Of a stretch of DNA of 64,000 bases, positions 52,955-64,000 are shown in pieces. Position numbers and translations under genes: made by a program. Within the stretch, counting starts at the first letter, position 1, and every line of letters begins with the position of its first letter. The DNA is from the human T2T-CHM13v2.0 reference genome, Homo sapiens. The stretch lies in assembly GCF_009914755.1 (NCBI RefSeq), contig NC_060927.1. The stretch is one strand, 5' to 3'. The notes beneath the pieces are model-generated. The model saw only the letters and a program-made list of their open reading frames with translations. It ran no database searches and had not been told where the DNA came from.

Positions 52955-54160
52955 TCCTCCAAAAATTAAACATAGAATTACCATATGATCCACTTCTGGG
53001 TATATACCCCTAATAATTAAAAGCAGGAACTCAAGCAGATACTTGTACACCTATGTTCATAGCAGTGAAACGGGAGAGTTCCCTGGTCTCCCTCACCTGT
53101 TCAGTGGCCACTGCTGCTCAAACTCCTGAGGCGAGTGGGGGCACACAGACAGACAGGTGCAGGAGCCCAAGTGGGCATGAGTTGCAGTATCCCCTTTTAG
53201 CCCTGCTGTCCACAGACAGCTTGAGTGTTAACCAGCACAATGGACCCTCTGCCTTTCTACAAGGGCAGAGGGCCAGTGTGACAGCTTTCTGTTTCCTAAG
53301 CTCTTGCCCAGCATCTTGAAAGAATTAGGTCACTCAAGGATGGATGTGGAGTTTTATTGAGTGGTGGAGATGGCTCTCAGTGGAATGGATAGGAAGTCAG
53401 AAGTGGGGGATGGAGTGGGAAAATGATCCCATCTTCCCCTGGAGTTTGGCCTTCCAGCAGCTGAATTCTTCTTCAACCACCTCCAGCTGGACTCCTGTCA
53501 GTGTTCAGACGTTCCTCCACTTCTCTCTTTCTCTGCCACATTGTTCCATTGTCCATCTGCTTGTCTCCTTGTTTCCTTGCCTACTCTTCTGCTTCTGGAG
53601 CCTGGGATTCAGGGTTTACATGAGTTCAGGATGGGGGCCCTTTGCCGGGGAACCGTCCTCTTCTACCCAGTGTTTCCCTGTCTCCTGTCCATATCAGCAG
53701 TATACTTCACAATCACCAAAACATGAAAGAAACCCAAGTGTCCATTGATGGATGAATGGATAAACAAAATGTGGTATACGTATATAGTGAAATATTATTC
53801 AGCCTTAAAAAGAAAGGATATTTGGACACATGCTACAACATGGATTAACCATGAACACATTATGCTGAGTTAAATAAGCCAGTCACAAAAGGACAAATCT
53901 TGTGTGATTCCACTTATATGAGGTACCTAGAGTACTGAAATTCATAGAGACCGAAGGTAGGGTGGCTGGCGGATGGAGGGAATTGAAGTTATTGTTTAAT
54001 GGGTACAGAATTTCAGTTTTGGAAGACAGAAAAGTTCTGGAGATAGAAGGGGAGCAATGGTTGTACAACAATGTGAATGTTTCTAATGCCACTGGATTGT
54101 GCACTTAAAAATGGTTAAAATAGCAAGCTTTGTTATGTATATTTTGCCACAATAAATAAA
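52955..54160 (+). mobile_element. L1MB-type 3' region interrupted by MER50
   Basis: aaattaaacatagaattaccatatgatcca; aacccaagtgtccattgatggatgaatggataaacaaaatgtggtat; gtgcacttaaaaatggttaaaat. Confidence 0.9.
53066..53696 (-). mobile_element. ERV1 solo LTR, MER50-like
   Basis: TG..CA termini; reverse strand starts tgatatggacaggagacagggaaacactgggtagaagagg; perfect 4-bp TSD gcag. Confidence 0.88.
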
Positions 54161-54229
54161 CAGCAAACCAACCCACCAAAAATAAATAAGTAAATGTAAT
54201 AATTTGTAAATGTGTGTTCATCTGTTATA

Positions 54230-54545
54230 AATAAGATCTGAAATATTCATCAATGACAGAATATGCAATCTGAGATTTGCTTTAAAATAATCTGGTGAAA
54301 ACAATTGCTATTTGTAGATTAAAAATAAAATTTTTAAAAATAAAAATAACTTAAAAAGTTTTTAAAATAATAATCTAGTGGGGGGAGGGGTTGGGGAGTG
54401 TAAGGATAATTGTGGAGCAGGGTTGGAGATGAAACAAGATGGTTCAAATGCAGATAATTGTTGAAGCTGGGTGATGGTACACTGGAGGGCATGACACGAT
54501 TCTCCCTCCTTTGTGTATGCTTGAAGGTTCTCATTAAAGAAAAAG
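54230..54545 (+). mobile_element. Old L1 (L1MC/ME) 3' UTR fragment
   Basis: tctgagatttgctttaaaataatc; gatgaaacaagatgg..gataattgttgaagctgggtgatggtac. Confidence 0.7.
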
Positions 54546-55201
54546 AGTTTTAAAATATCTCATCCCAGTAGACAATAAGACAGCAGTTGCCCTCATATTT
54601 ATTAACCCTTCAGATAGACACAGGGCCATGGAAAGAAGCTGCCCGCTCTGCCCATTCCGTGAAGTTCCTGAACACACCCCTCCTTCCTGCATCCCACCGC
54701 CCACTGTAGCATTCTGAGCACACACCAGGTCCTTACTACTAGCAGCTGCCCATCTGTGGTGATCTCAAGGGCTGGGAGAAATGAAAAGTAGCTCTTTCTG
54801 GACTACTACGCACAGAAAACTGGGCTTTTTCCTGTAAGGCAGAAAGAAAAATGCCAGAGAAGGCCCACATATTCAAGCATCTTACCGCTGAACTACATTT
54901 GCATCAAGTCATGGGACTTACCAACTCTCCAACAAAAGAAACATGTATTTTAAATTATAAAGTTAAGGTATCCTTTTTCTCCAGAGCATTGTGAATACTT
55001 TTGTCGGGGTTTTGACATAGACGACAATAACCTCCCCTTCATGTCAACCGCTACACATGCACACTCTTCTACCTGGGACAAGCAACCACAGTGGATTATT
55101 GGTTACCTAAGTAATCTCTCTATTGTTTCATTAATTCATATTCCAATGAATACTTGTTGAGTACTTACTATGCATCAGGCATAGTACTTGGTGCTGTGAT
55201 A

Positions 55202-56492
55202 TGAAGATGTACTCAAACCCCCAGAGTTGATATGAAGATTATTTTTAACTAAAGACATTTGAGATTTGACAGATGTAGAAAGAAGACTTTTTGGAGCTTC
55301 TCTTATCTGACTAAAGGCAGAAACATCTGGAAATTAGGCTACTGTAGATCTCCTCTTTTGGGGCAGCTTCACTTCATAAAGGAGACTGTGAAACCACCAT
55401 CAACAACAGAATGTCTCACACCAGTCAGATGGCTATTACTAAAACGTCAAAAAATAACACATGCTGGCAAGGTTGTCAAGAAAAAGGGATGCTTATATAC
55501 TGTTGGTGGAGTGAAAATTAGTTCAACTATTGTGGAAGACAGTGTGGCAATTTCTCAAAGACTTAAAAACAGAAATACCATTGGACACAGCAATCTCACT
55601 ACTGGGTATATACTCAAAGGAATATAAATCATTCTATCATAAAGACATATGCATGTGTATGTTCATTGCAGCATTATTCACAATAGGAAAGACATGGAAT
55701 CTATCTAAATGCCCATCAGTAACAGACTGGATAAAGAAAATGTGGTACATGGAATACTATGCAGCCATAAAAAAGAATGAGATCATGTCCTTTGCAGGGA
55801 CATGGATGGAGCTGGAGGCCATCATACTTAGCAAACTACCACAGAAACAGAAAACCAAGTACTGCATGTTCTCACTTATAAGTAGGAGCTAAATGATAAG
55901 AACACATGGACACAAAAAGGGGAACAACAGACACTGGGGTCTATTTGAGGGAAGAAGGTGGGAGGAGAAAGAGGAACAGGAGAAATAACTAACGGGTACT
56001 AGGCTCAATACCTGGGTGACAAAAGAATCCATGCAACAAAGCCCCATGACACAAGTTTACCTATATAGCAAACCAGCACATGTACCCCTGAACTGAAAAG
56101 TTAAAAAAGAAGAAACTACTGTAAGTCCTCTCTCCAGAGGAGTTTATACCGACCAGAAAGAAGAAGGAGAAGACCACTTGCACCTGCATAAACAGACATT
56201 GTCACAAACTTTCCTATCTCCCATTTTGTTCTCCTAAAAGCCCATTAACCTTTCCTAACGAAATGTCTTCCCATAGAAGTCTTTCCTCCCCTCATGCCTT
56301 TCACCTTATTAAGTGGTTATAAACCCCATATCTTTGGCTGCTTGGAGAGTCATCTTTTTCTATGAACTCCAGTGCACATCCATGAATAAAAATCTGTTTT
56401 TCCTCTTGCTATTCTGTCTTTTGTCAGTTTAATTCACAGACTCCCGAACACTAAACATAAGAGGACAGAGGAAATGTTTGTCTTCCTCAACA
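55202..56492 (+). mobile_element. ERV1 solo LTR, MER34-group, split by an L1PA
   Basis: Same motifs as the 24909 copy (aagacatttgagattt.acagatg.agaaagaag; cttatctgactaaa; attctgtcttttgtcagtttaa). Confidence 0.78.
55395..56110 (+). mobile_element. 5'-truncated L1PA (about PA13-16) 3' end
   Basis: ORF 55530 is the L1 ORF2 C-terminus (MFIAALFTIGKTWNLSKCPSVTDWIKKMW..ELEAIILSKL..KYCMFSLIS); 3' UTR and short A tail. Confidence 0.92.
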
Positions 56493-57079
56493 GTGACCAA
56501 GACACAAAAGTCTTACTCTCATGGAAACTACTGGGGAAAATATTCAGAAAGAGTGAATAAACAAATAAATAAATATTTACAGATTGTTATTATTGCCATA
56601 AATCAAAGAACCAGATGGATCAGCAGGAGCTGGTATTCACCCATTTAGCCCCAGTTCAAGGATGCTGTTTGTTAATATTTGAGTCTGTCCTTATTGCATG
56701 GTGCCTATGTCTGAGGACAGTTAAATATGTACAGCATCACTTCTGGTGGTCTAGGAAGGCCTCTTCAAAGAGGTAACACTTAAGGCTGAGTCCAAAAGGA
56801 TAAGAAACAACCAGCACTGGGACAAGTAGGAAAGAACATTCCAGGCAGAAAGAGGAGCACATACAAATTGCTCCTGCACATCTGAGCTTAAAATGCTCAA
56901 GTGTGCGTACAGCAGAGGCAGGCAATGTGGCAGGATTGGTAAGATCTTGTCACACAGGACACAGCAACACCTCTGTTCAGGATTTCAGAACTTGCAAGGG
57001 TTCCACTGGAAGCATTGTCTTCCACAATGGACATGGGAAAGAAACTAGTGCTTCCAGACAAGCAAAAGGAGATTTCGAG

Positions 57080-57753
57080 TGTCCACTGAAGAATCACAGG
57101 GTTCATTAATTCGGAGAAGTGAGCTCTATTTCTTATAAAGGGTTGTAGCCTGCAGGCTGGCCATCGTGAAGGCTGGGAATCATAGCCTCGAGCAGAGACC
57201 AGAAGTAGGCACTTCGAAGAGGGAAGGATGAGACAGCAACTTATGCAGAATCCATTGGCTAAGTATACATATTCAACAGGTTATAGGAGAAGCTATGAAT
57301 ATTCATGAATGAGGGTGTGCACATGATATGCATAGTAAGCTAACATTTGTGTTACATATGTCCCATGGTCACTTTGGGGTGGAGACTTAACATTTAGATG
57401 TATTACAATTAGGCCCTGTACATCAAAAGGTGAAGCAGAGGACACAAAGCTGCTCCATGCACAGCCTCCATAAACTAACCAGAACCATCCCATGGTGGGT
57501 GGTCTCTCATCAGGAAGGAATGCTGGTCCATTGTTATGTTTAAACCACAAAAGAGAGGGGAGTCTGATGAAATCAGTGGTGGAGACTTTCAAAAGGGCTG
57601 GTTTCTGTTTAATCCCTAGGAAAGAAAACCTAATCATGGTCAGCAAGGGATGGGGTACAATGAGGCATGTCCAAGCTCCCATCCGTCATGGTTGGGAACT
57701 TGGTTTCTCTGGGGTCAGGTAGGAAACTTAGGGTTTTATTTTTATATCCTACA
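57080..57753 (-). mobile_element. ERV1 solo LTR (MER39-like)
   Basis: gagctctatttcttataaagggttgtagcctgcagg; ggggtggagacttaacattt; aatgaggcatgtc..cccatccgtcatgg; ttagggttttatttttat. Confidence 0.75.
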
Positions 57754-58222
57754 AGTTACAAGAGACATGGGACATCTCAGGTCAGGAGATCCAGTAAGTA
57801 TTAGACAAGCCTTTGAAGAGCAAGAACCTCGTGGTTACGGACATCACTTAGAAAATACGAAGCTATGTAACCCTTCAGAGACTTGGTGGAGGGGTAATCC
57901 TGATCATTGTTTTGGCCACTTCATCCCAGAGTCTTACCATTTTGTCACACATTAGATTTGAATACTGGGGAGGGTGTGGATGAAGCTGAATTGAGAAGCA
58001 AAAAGAGAAAAATCAAGTGTATTTATCAACTCATGTAATATGCTCCCCAAACAGATCCAATCCTCCTGTGTGTTTCAGCTTTCTTTTATAGAAAGAGTAT
58101 ACAAAGACAGAGTCACACATTAACTTCTGGACCCAAGAGAAGTAATATTAGAAAGGTGTTGTTAGCCCCCACCAAGCAAAGGATGTCCTGATATATGCTC
58201 TGAAGATAGGCCCCAGCAGCTA

Positions 58223-58621
<399 letters not shown>

Positions 58622-59399
58622 CTAGAATTCTGTCTGGCATCATTTATTGAGAACTTGGATTTATTTTCTCTAAAGCAGAGTGAATTTTATGTCATCCTCG
58701 AGGAAATGCAGTACTTAAAGTTAACCTTATTATAGGAGGAACTCCTGGAAAGATATAATAGAATCCAACAGTTGGTAGATTCAAACTGGAGGTCACTCTA
58801 ATTAAGGAAGTGAAAAGTAAATGGAAAGCAAACAATCCTATTTCACACTAAACAATTCTACGTAAGGGAATCATTTTTACATAATGACTCAGGAGCAGAT
58901 TACATTCTCAGATGCAGAGGCAGAGCCCCCATTGACTTCTACCACAGACACTGATGCATATCTAGAAACAGTTTGGGGCCTAGAGGCTGGTGAAATAAAT
59001 TGTGTGAATCAATTTAAAATGCAGCCAGATGTTTTTGACTCTGAAAATAAAAAGACACAGGATGAGAGGGGAAAAAAATCCACAGATAGCCCACAAAGCA
59101 GACTGGCAGAAGTTTTAGCAAGTCAGCTGTAGTTAGTTAACTCTACTTCTTTTCATATCTTACCATCTTTTTATTCCATTTAAGGAAGACTGCATAACAA
59201 TAAAACTCTTTCATTAAACAAACATATTGGAAGGTTCCCTAATTTTAAAGTATTCTGAGAGAAACAAAGGTGAATCAACCTGAATTTGAGCCTCAAGAAG
59301 CTCAAAGTTTGGTTAATAAAAGAAACGATCTGTGGACCTACAAGATTAAACAAGAAAGACATCAGAAGATAATCACAGAGGTGTGAAAAAAGTTGCATG

Positions 59400-59810
59400 T
59401 GGAGATTTTATGAAAGTAGTATTGTAGCAAAAAAAAAGTCCTAAATAGGGAATAGTTATGAATGATAATTTTTAAGCATTAATGATGGAATCATTTGCAA
59501 CCATTAAAAAGGATTTGGAGAAAATATTTAAGAACTTGGAAAACTATTGATGAAATATTATTAAGTAAAAAAGCAGTTAACTAAATATTATCTACAGTGT
59601 GTTCCATTTTTGAAAGAAAAAATGTTTCTACATTGGTTTGCTTGTATAAACGAGAGAAGAAAAATATGTAACAAAATAGTAACAATGCTTATCTTCTGGT
59701 GATATAATTATAAATGTTTGTTTTATTTACTATTTTTATATATTTTTGCAAGTCTATATTTCCTCCAATAAACATGCATTATTGTTTATAACCAAAAAAA
59801 AATTAAAATG
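59400..59810 (+). mobile_element. Old L1ME 3' fragment
   Basis: taaatagggaatagtt; atgatggaatcatttgcaaccattaaaaa; tattaagtaaaaaagcagtt. Confidence 0.6.
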
Positions 59811-59897
59811 AGGTTTTAAAAGAGGATAGAAATATAACACAAAGAAATTTAGAAGAGAAAAAGAATGTCAGTTAAAATGGATATGGAAATCAAGGAG

Positions 59898-60407
59898 TGA
59901 AATTGCAAGCAGATAGGGAGGGTCTCCAGGGACTATAGAAATTTAATCAATTTGAGCAATTAGCCTATTTTACAGCCTTCTGCCTTGCAGCCTATTTTTT
60001 CCCAAACCGTATGTGGAATGTGGTCACCTAGTGGGTTGGAATGAGTTCTTGACAGACCTTGGCAACTTATCTATGAACCCAAGTGGGCTTTCCTCATTAC
60101 CATGCTAAACTCCCCACCCCAGGAGGAGCTATAGCCTCATTATCATAACATGTGACTTCTGTGCTGACATAATGATTCACTGTATGCATGGGACCCCTCC
60201 TCTCCATGCAATGACACATCCTCTTCCCTTTCTATTGCCCCATAAAAGCTTTCTATCACGCTTCCTTGGGGAGACACTGCTTTGGAGAATCCTCCCAGTG
60301 CTCTCCTTACTTGTGACAAGTAAATTCCTATTGATCAAAACCTACTTTCTAGTTGAGCATTGTTCGTTACTTGCCAGGTGATAGAGCTCCAGTTTTTTTG
60401 GGTAACA
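59898..60407 (+). mobile_element. ERV1-class solo LTR (family uncertain)
   Basis: TATA-like cataaaa, ggggagacactgctttggagaa, U5-like end ttttgggtaaca. Confidence 0.6.
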
Positions 60408-60772
60408 GAATTGGAGGCAGTGGCAATAAAGGAGGAAGGAAACAGAAGCTAAAGAATCTAACATTGATTTCTGTCACCAAATTTTTGACCATTCATCTGT
60501 GTGGCCTTAGTATAGAAGTAAACACCTGGGGCCACCATGCTGCACCACATTTAGGAGGCATCATCCTTGTAAATGGTGCCCCCGGGAGTTGTATAACCTG
60601 TAGCTTGTAGGCAACGTTCTTTTCCTTATGGAACTTATGGTTCTTGCAAGAAAGGAAGAAGGACAAGGAGAAGGATTATTTTGGATTTTACCAGCATGCC
60701 CTAGGGACATCTAATAGAGGCAGGCATAAGACATGGGATTCTGGACTTTTTTAGTCTTTCCCATCCAATTTC

Positions 60773-62315
60773 CATGGCCAGCTACATGATTTGCAGGGTC
60801 CAGCACAAAATAAAATGTGCGGTCCCTTGTCATAAAAGCAAGGAAAATATGCAAGATATTTGAAGGGCTCCAGATTACACTACTGTGGCATAAAAATTAT
60901 TTTGAGCTGAAGACATTTCAAAATCAGCAGACACAAGAAGAATCATTGTTTAAACTTACCTTTTCTGCCTAAAAACCGAGCCTCCCAAAAGCTGCCATAA
61001 ATCCCACCCTTTAGGAGAGGCTTCCTGTACCAGAGGAAAAGGGTGACTCCTCTCATCAGAGATGAGAAGTGTATGTAGGGATGGAAAACTGCATAAACAG
61101 ACTTTACTAAAACAAAACTCACTTTCCATTAATTTCCCTCATATATGTCTCAGTCATTTCCCACCATTGATTGTCACTTGAAATTCTACCCCGTTCCCTT
61201 GTAAGATGGTATTGAGGCCCCAGATTAAGCCACTTAAGTCATACTTTATCTACTTAGGTAAATACAAATCTCTTTTTTCTTGCTTATGAATCTTTTGCCA
61301 TTTTAATTTGCAGGATCCCAAACAATGAACATAAGAGGGTAGAGGAAAAGGTTTTCCTTACTGATAGTATTAAAACAAAAAACTCTTTCCTTTGTTCTGT
61401 GGTTCCTCTCTCAACTTGTCATGATGTTTTTTATTTGGTTTTTTAATGTTATTCTAGGTAAAGAAAAATTAACAATTTAAATTAATAGTATGAATTGTAC
61501 CATTTATCTTTATACCATGCAATGAATGCAGGTTTAAATGCAAATATAAAAGCACTTCACTCCTTGACAAAATCACTGAAATTGGGCAATTTATATTTTG
61601 TAGCTCATACATGCATATGTATTTTGTTTTTACAAGAACAATGTGAATGCTACACAAAACTAATACAACTGTTTTTTTTTAATTTTTACTTTTTGATATG
61701 CACATATTCTACCAATACTTTCCACCACTGGCTAACAGATGAGTAAGGAAGGACTGCAAGGAAAAGGAGCTCCAGGTTGATGTATTCTTTCTCTTTCCTT
61801 TTTTCCATCATTTTCAGCATAAACAGTTGGCTGATACAGACAAGTAACAAGAGTAAGGAAGAATATGATAGGACTCCTCGGCTATTTGTGTTTTTTTAGC
61901 ATTCTATTGCCTTCTTTGTGGGTTAGAAGCCAGTTCTGGTTTGAATGAAAAGTGTGGCTTCTCAGCCCCTGCTTACTCAGTTGTAGAGGTAAGATATCTT
62001 GTAATGGCTTTGAGTCTCTCTGGGCTCCCACACAAGGTGGGACAACTAGAATGCCATGCTTATGGGGCATCATCTCATCCTATATGCAAATGAGACAGCA
62101 GGGAACAGACAACTCAGATACTGTGCCTAGTTTCTCTGCTCATGTGCATGCTCCATTGTCCCCCTCAGACCTCATTTATAAAACATAAGTTCAAAAACAA
62201 AATTATTAAGAAGTTTAGGATGGTGACAGCAGACCTTAAACCCAGCATGGGGCCCTTCTGAACGTGGGAGTCTGTGCCAAACTGTGTAGTTCCCGTACCC
62301 ATGAAGACCGTCCCG
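60773..62315 (-). mobile_element. MER45B hAT-Tip100 DNA transposon, apparently full length, split by an LTR
   Basis: Ends catggccagctacatgatttgcagggtccagcacaaaataaaatg and ggggcccttctgaacgtggg..cccatgaagaccgtcccg; about 1.04 kb after removing the LTR. Confidence 0.8.
60861..61366 (+). mobile_element. ERV1 solo LTR, MER34-group
   Basis: tggcataaaaattattttgagctgaagacattt..cagcagacaca; gctgccataaatccc; gaacataagagggtagaggaaaagg. Confidence 0.75.
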
Positions 62316-62404
62316 CTCACTCTCACCAGAAGAGTTCCACATGGGGTTCCAGTTAAAATTTCATTTGAAAAAGAATTTTATGTAATATTTAAAATAATAA
62401 ATTT

Positions 62405-62547
62405 CCCAGGTATGGGGTGTTACACACCTGTAGTCCTAGCTACTTGGGAGGATGAGGTGAGAGGACCGCTTAGCCCAGGAGCTCGAGGTTAGAGTGAGCT
62501 ATGATCACACCACTGCACTCCAGCCTGAGTGAGCCCCTGTTTCTAAA
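62405..62547 (+). mobile_element. FRAM/FAM free Alu monomer
   Basis: cacctgtagtcctagctacttgggagg..agtgagctatgatcacaccactgcactccagcctg. Confidence 0.85.
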
Positions 62548-62856
62548 TTTTTTTTTAATTAGTCTAGATTAAGAGACAAAGTCAAATACCAAAGGAGTTA
62601 GGAAGACAATGGAAAGGAGAAAAACAGACTTTCTCAGTCTCTCTTTTCTCCACTATTGAGAATGTGGGGGTGTTAGTGGGGACAGGTCATTATTTCCTCT
62701 TAACTCTGCCATAAGAAAAACAACAATGCTCATGCCATGATAAATAGCAACTGACCCTCAGCTTCAGTGTCAGGAGACACTGACGACTGTTGGGGACTGC
62801 AGGACAATAATGGGCTCCTGGCCCTCTGAAAGAACAGCCATAGCTCAGCCAGCTGT

Positions 62857-63058
62857 TGAAGCAATTCTCCTGTCTCAGCCTCCTGAGTAGCTGGGATTAC
62901 AGGTGCACGCCACCACACCCAGCAATCTTTTGTATTTTTAGTACAGACAGGGTTTCCCCAAGTTGGTCAGGCTGGTCTCGAACTCCTGACCTCAGGTGAT
63001 CCACCCACCTTGGCCTCCCAAAGTGCTGAGATTACAGGCGTGAGCCACCGAGCCTGGC
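62857..63058 (-). mobile_element. AluS missing its 3' about 90 bp and tail
   Basis: Begins abruptly at aagcaattctcctgtctcagcc; left arm intact. Confidence 0.9.
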
Positions 63059-63126
63059 TAAGGTTCGTTTTTCAAGAGATACTCAAAATCTGAAGTCTTA
63101 CATAAAATCTCCCAACTTTTTAATGT

Positions 63127-63686
63127 TGTTATAGAACCAAACTGGGGACTGCTCACCCAGCACAGTAAAACAAGGTACCTACACCAGGATTTTGCAGTGG
63201 TAGAAAGGAGGTACTTATTTGCACCAAGTAAGGAGGACCAGGTAGCTAACATGTAAATCTTCAGCTCCCTGATGACTTGCAGGTAAGAGTTTTTAAAAGC
63301 AGGGGTAAATTTCAGGAAAGTGAAAGTTAACAGGTAAACTCGTAAATCAGTACATGGATGTTAGACATTGGTTTTGGCTCAAAAGGGCAGGATCTCTTGA
63401 AGTGGGGGCATATAGGTCATAGGTATAATAGATTCAAAGATTTTCTGATTTGCAATTGGTTAAGCAAGAGAAGCTTTGTTTAAAATTTGGGGTCAGCAGA
63501 AAAGAATGTCAGCTCAGACTCCCTTCAGGCCCCTCAGGAAGAAATTCAGAGCAAAGTATGGTGACCAGAGTTCAGTCCTCAGTTCCCCCTTATCTGAGAT
63601 CTACATGCCAGCAAATCCATTTGGTGGGAGGTTGGGTTTCTGAAAAACAACTCAGGGACATATGTTAAAATATTGTATTTAGTCTC
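63127..63686 (-). mobile_element. ERV1 (MER4-group, LTR49/MER66-like) LTR, interrupted by MST
   Basis: tcttgaagtggggg..ataggtcataggt..agattcaaagattttctgatttgcaattggtt; gggtttctgaaaaacaactcagggacatatgttaa. Confidence 0.65.
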
Positions 63687-64000
63687 TGATACGGTTTGGA
63701 TATTCGTCCCCTCCAAATCTTATGTTGAAATGTGATCCCCAATGTTGGAGGTAGGGCCTAGTAGGAGGTGTTTGGGTCATGGGGTCAGATCCCTCTTGAA
63801 TGGCTTGGTGTCCTCCCAATGGTAATGAGTGAGTTCTTCCTCTGTTAGTTCACATGAGAGCTGGTTGTTTAAACGAACCTGGCATATCCTCCTCTCTCTC
63901 TTGCTCCCTGTCTCTCCATGTGACACATCTGCTCCTCCTTCTCCTTCACCTTCCACCATGAGTAAAAGCTTCCCACGGCTTCACAAGAAGCTGAGCAGAT
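63687..64000 (+). mobile_element. MaLR LTR (MSTB-like), cut by the window end
   Basis: tgatacggtttggatattcgtcccctccaaatcttatgttgaaatgtgatccccaatgttggaggt..ccaccatgagtaaaagctt. Confidence 0.9.

Larger units (their letters stand above)
55120..56980 (-). mobile_element. L2 3' region hosting a nested LTR and L1
   Basis: aatacttgttgagtacttactatgcatcaggcatag; resumes at 56493 (gtgaccaagacac..ctctcatggaa); ggtctaggaaggcctcttcaaagaggtaacacttaag. Confidence 0.75.

Noticed and set aside
55530-55892. L1 ORF2-like ORFs (also 16327, 16377, 47039)
   Set aside because: Short, frameshifted remnants of 5'-truncated L1s; no intact ORF1 or ORF2.

Overview
Primate (most likely human) non-coding genomic DNA, AT-rich and CpG-depleted, roughly half made of interspersed repeats. 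I recognise about 14 Alu/FLAM/FRAM elements, 12 or more L1 fragments, many L2 and MIR pieces, two CR1/L3 ORF2 fossils, about 24 solo LTRs (MaLR MLT1/MST, ERVL MLT2/LTR16, ERV1 MER34-group/MER39/MER50), DNA transposons (Tigger2a, MER5, MER96B, MER45B) and several microsatellites. I found no protein-coding exon, tRNA/rRNA/snRNA gene, processed pseudogene, CpG island or CRISPR array; the listed ORFs are repeat-derived or chance ORFs. I cannot name the locus, and the sequence does not support a new biological system. The best leads are: (i) a strong + strand bias of L1 insertions, suggesting the window is intronic to a large minus-strand gene; (ii) repeat-free blocks with enhancer/promoter-like motif clusters (about 49.0-50.8 kb and 34.9 kb); (iii) ancient LINE reverse-transcriptase fossils with readable motifs; (iv) structurally odd Alus; (v) an AT-rich palindrome cluster at 32.4 kb. 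Repeat families were assigned from recalled consensus sequences without alignment, so subfamily names are tentative and the boundaries of old repeats are approximate (tens of bp).
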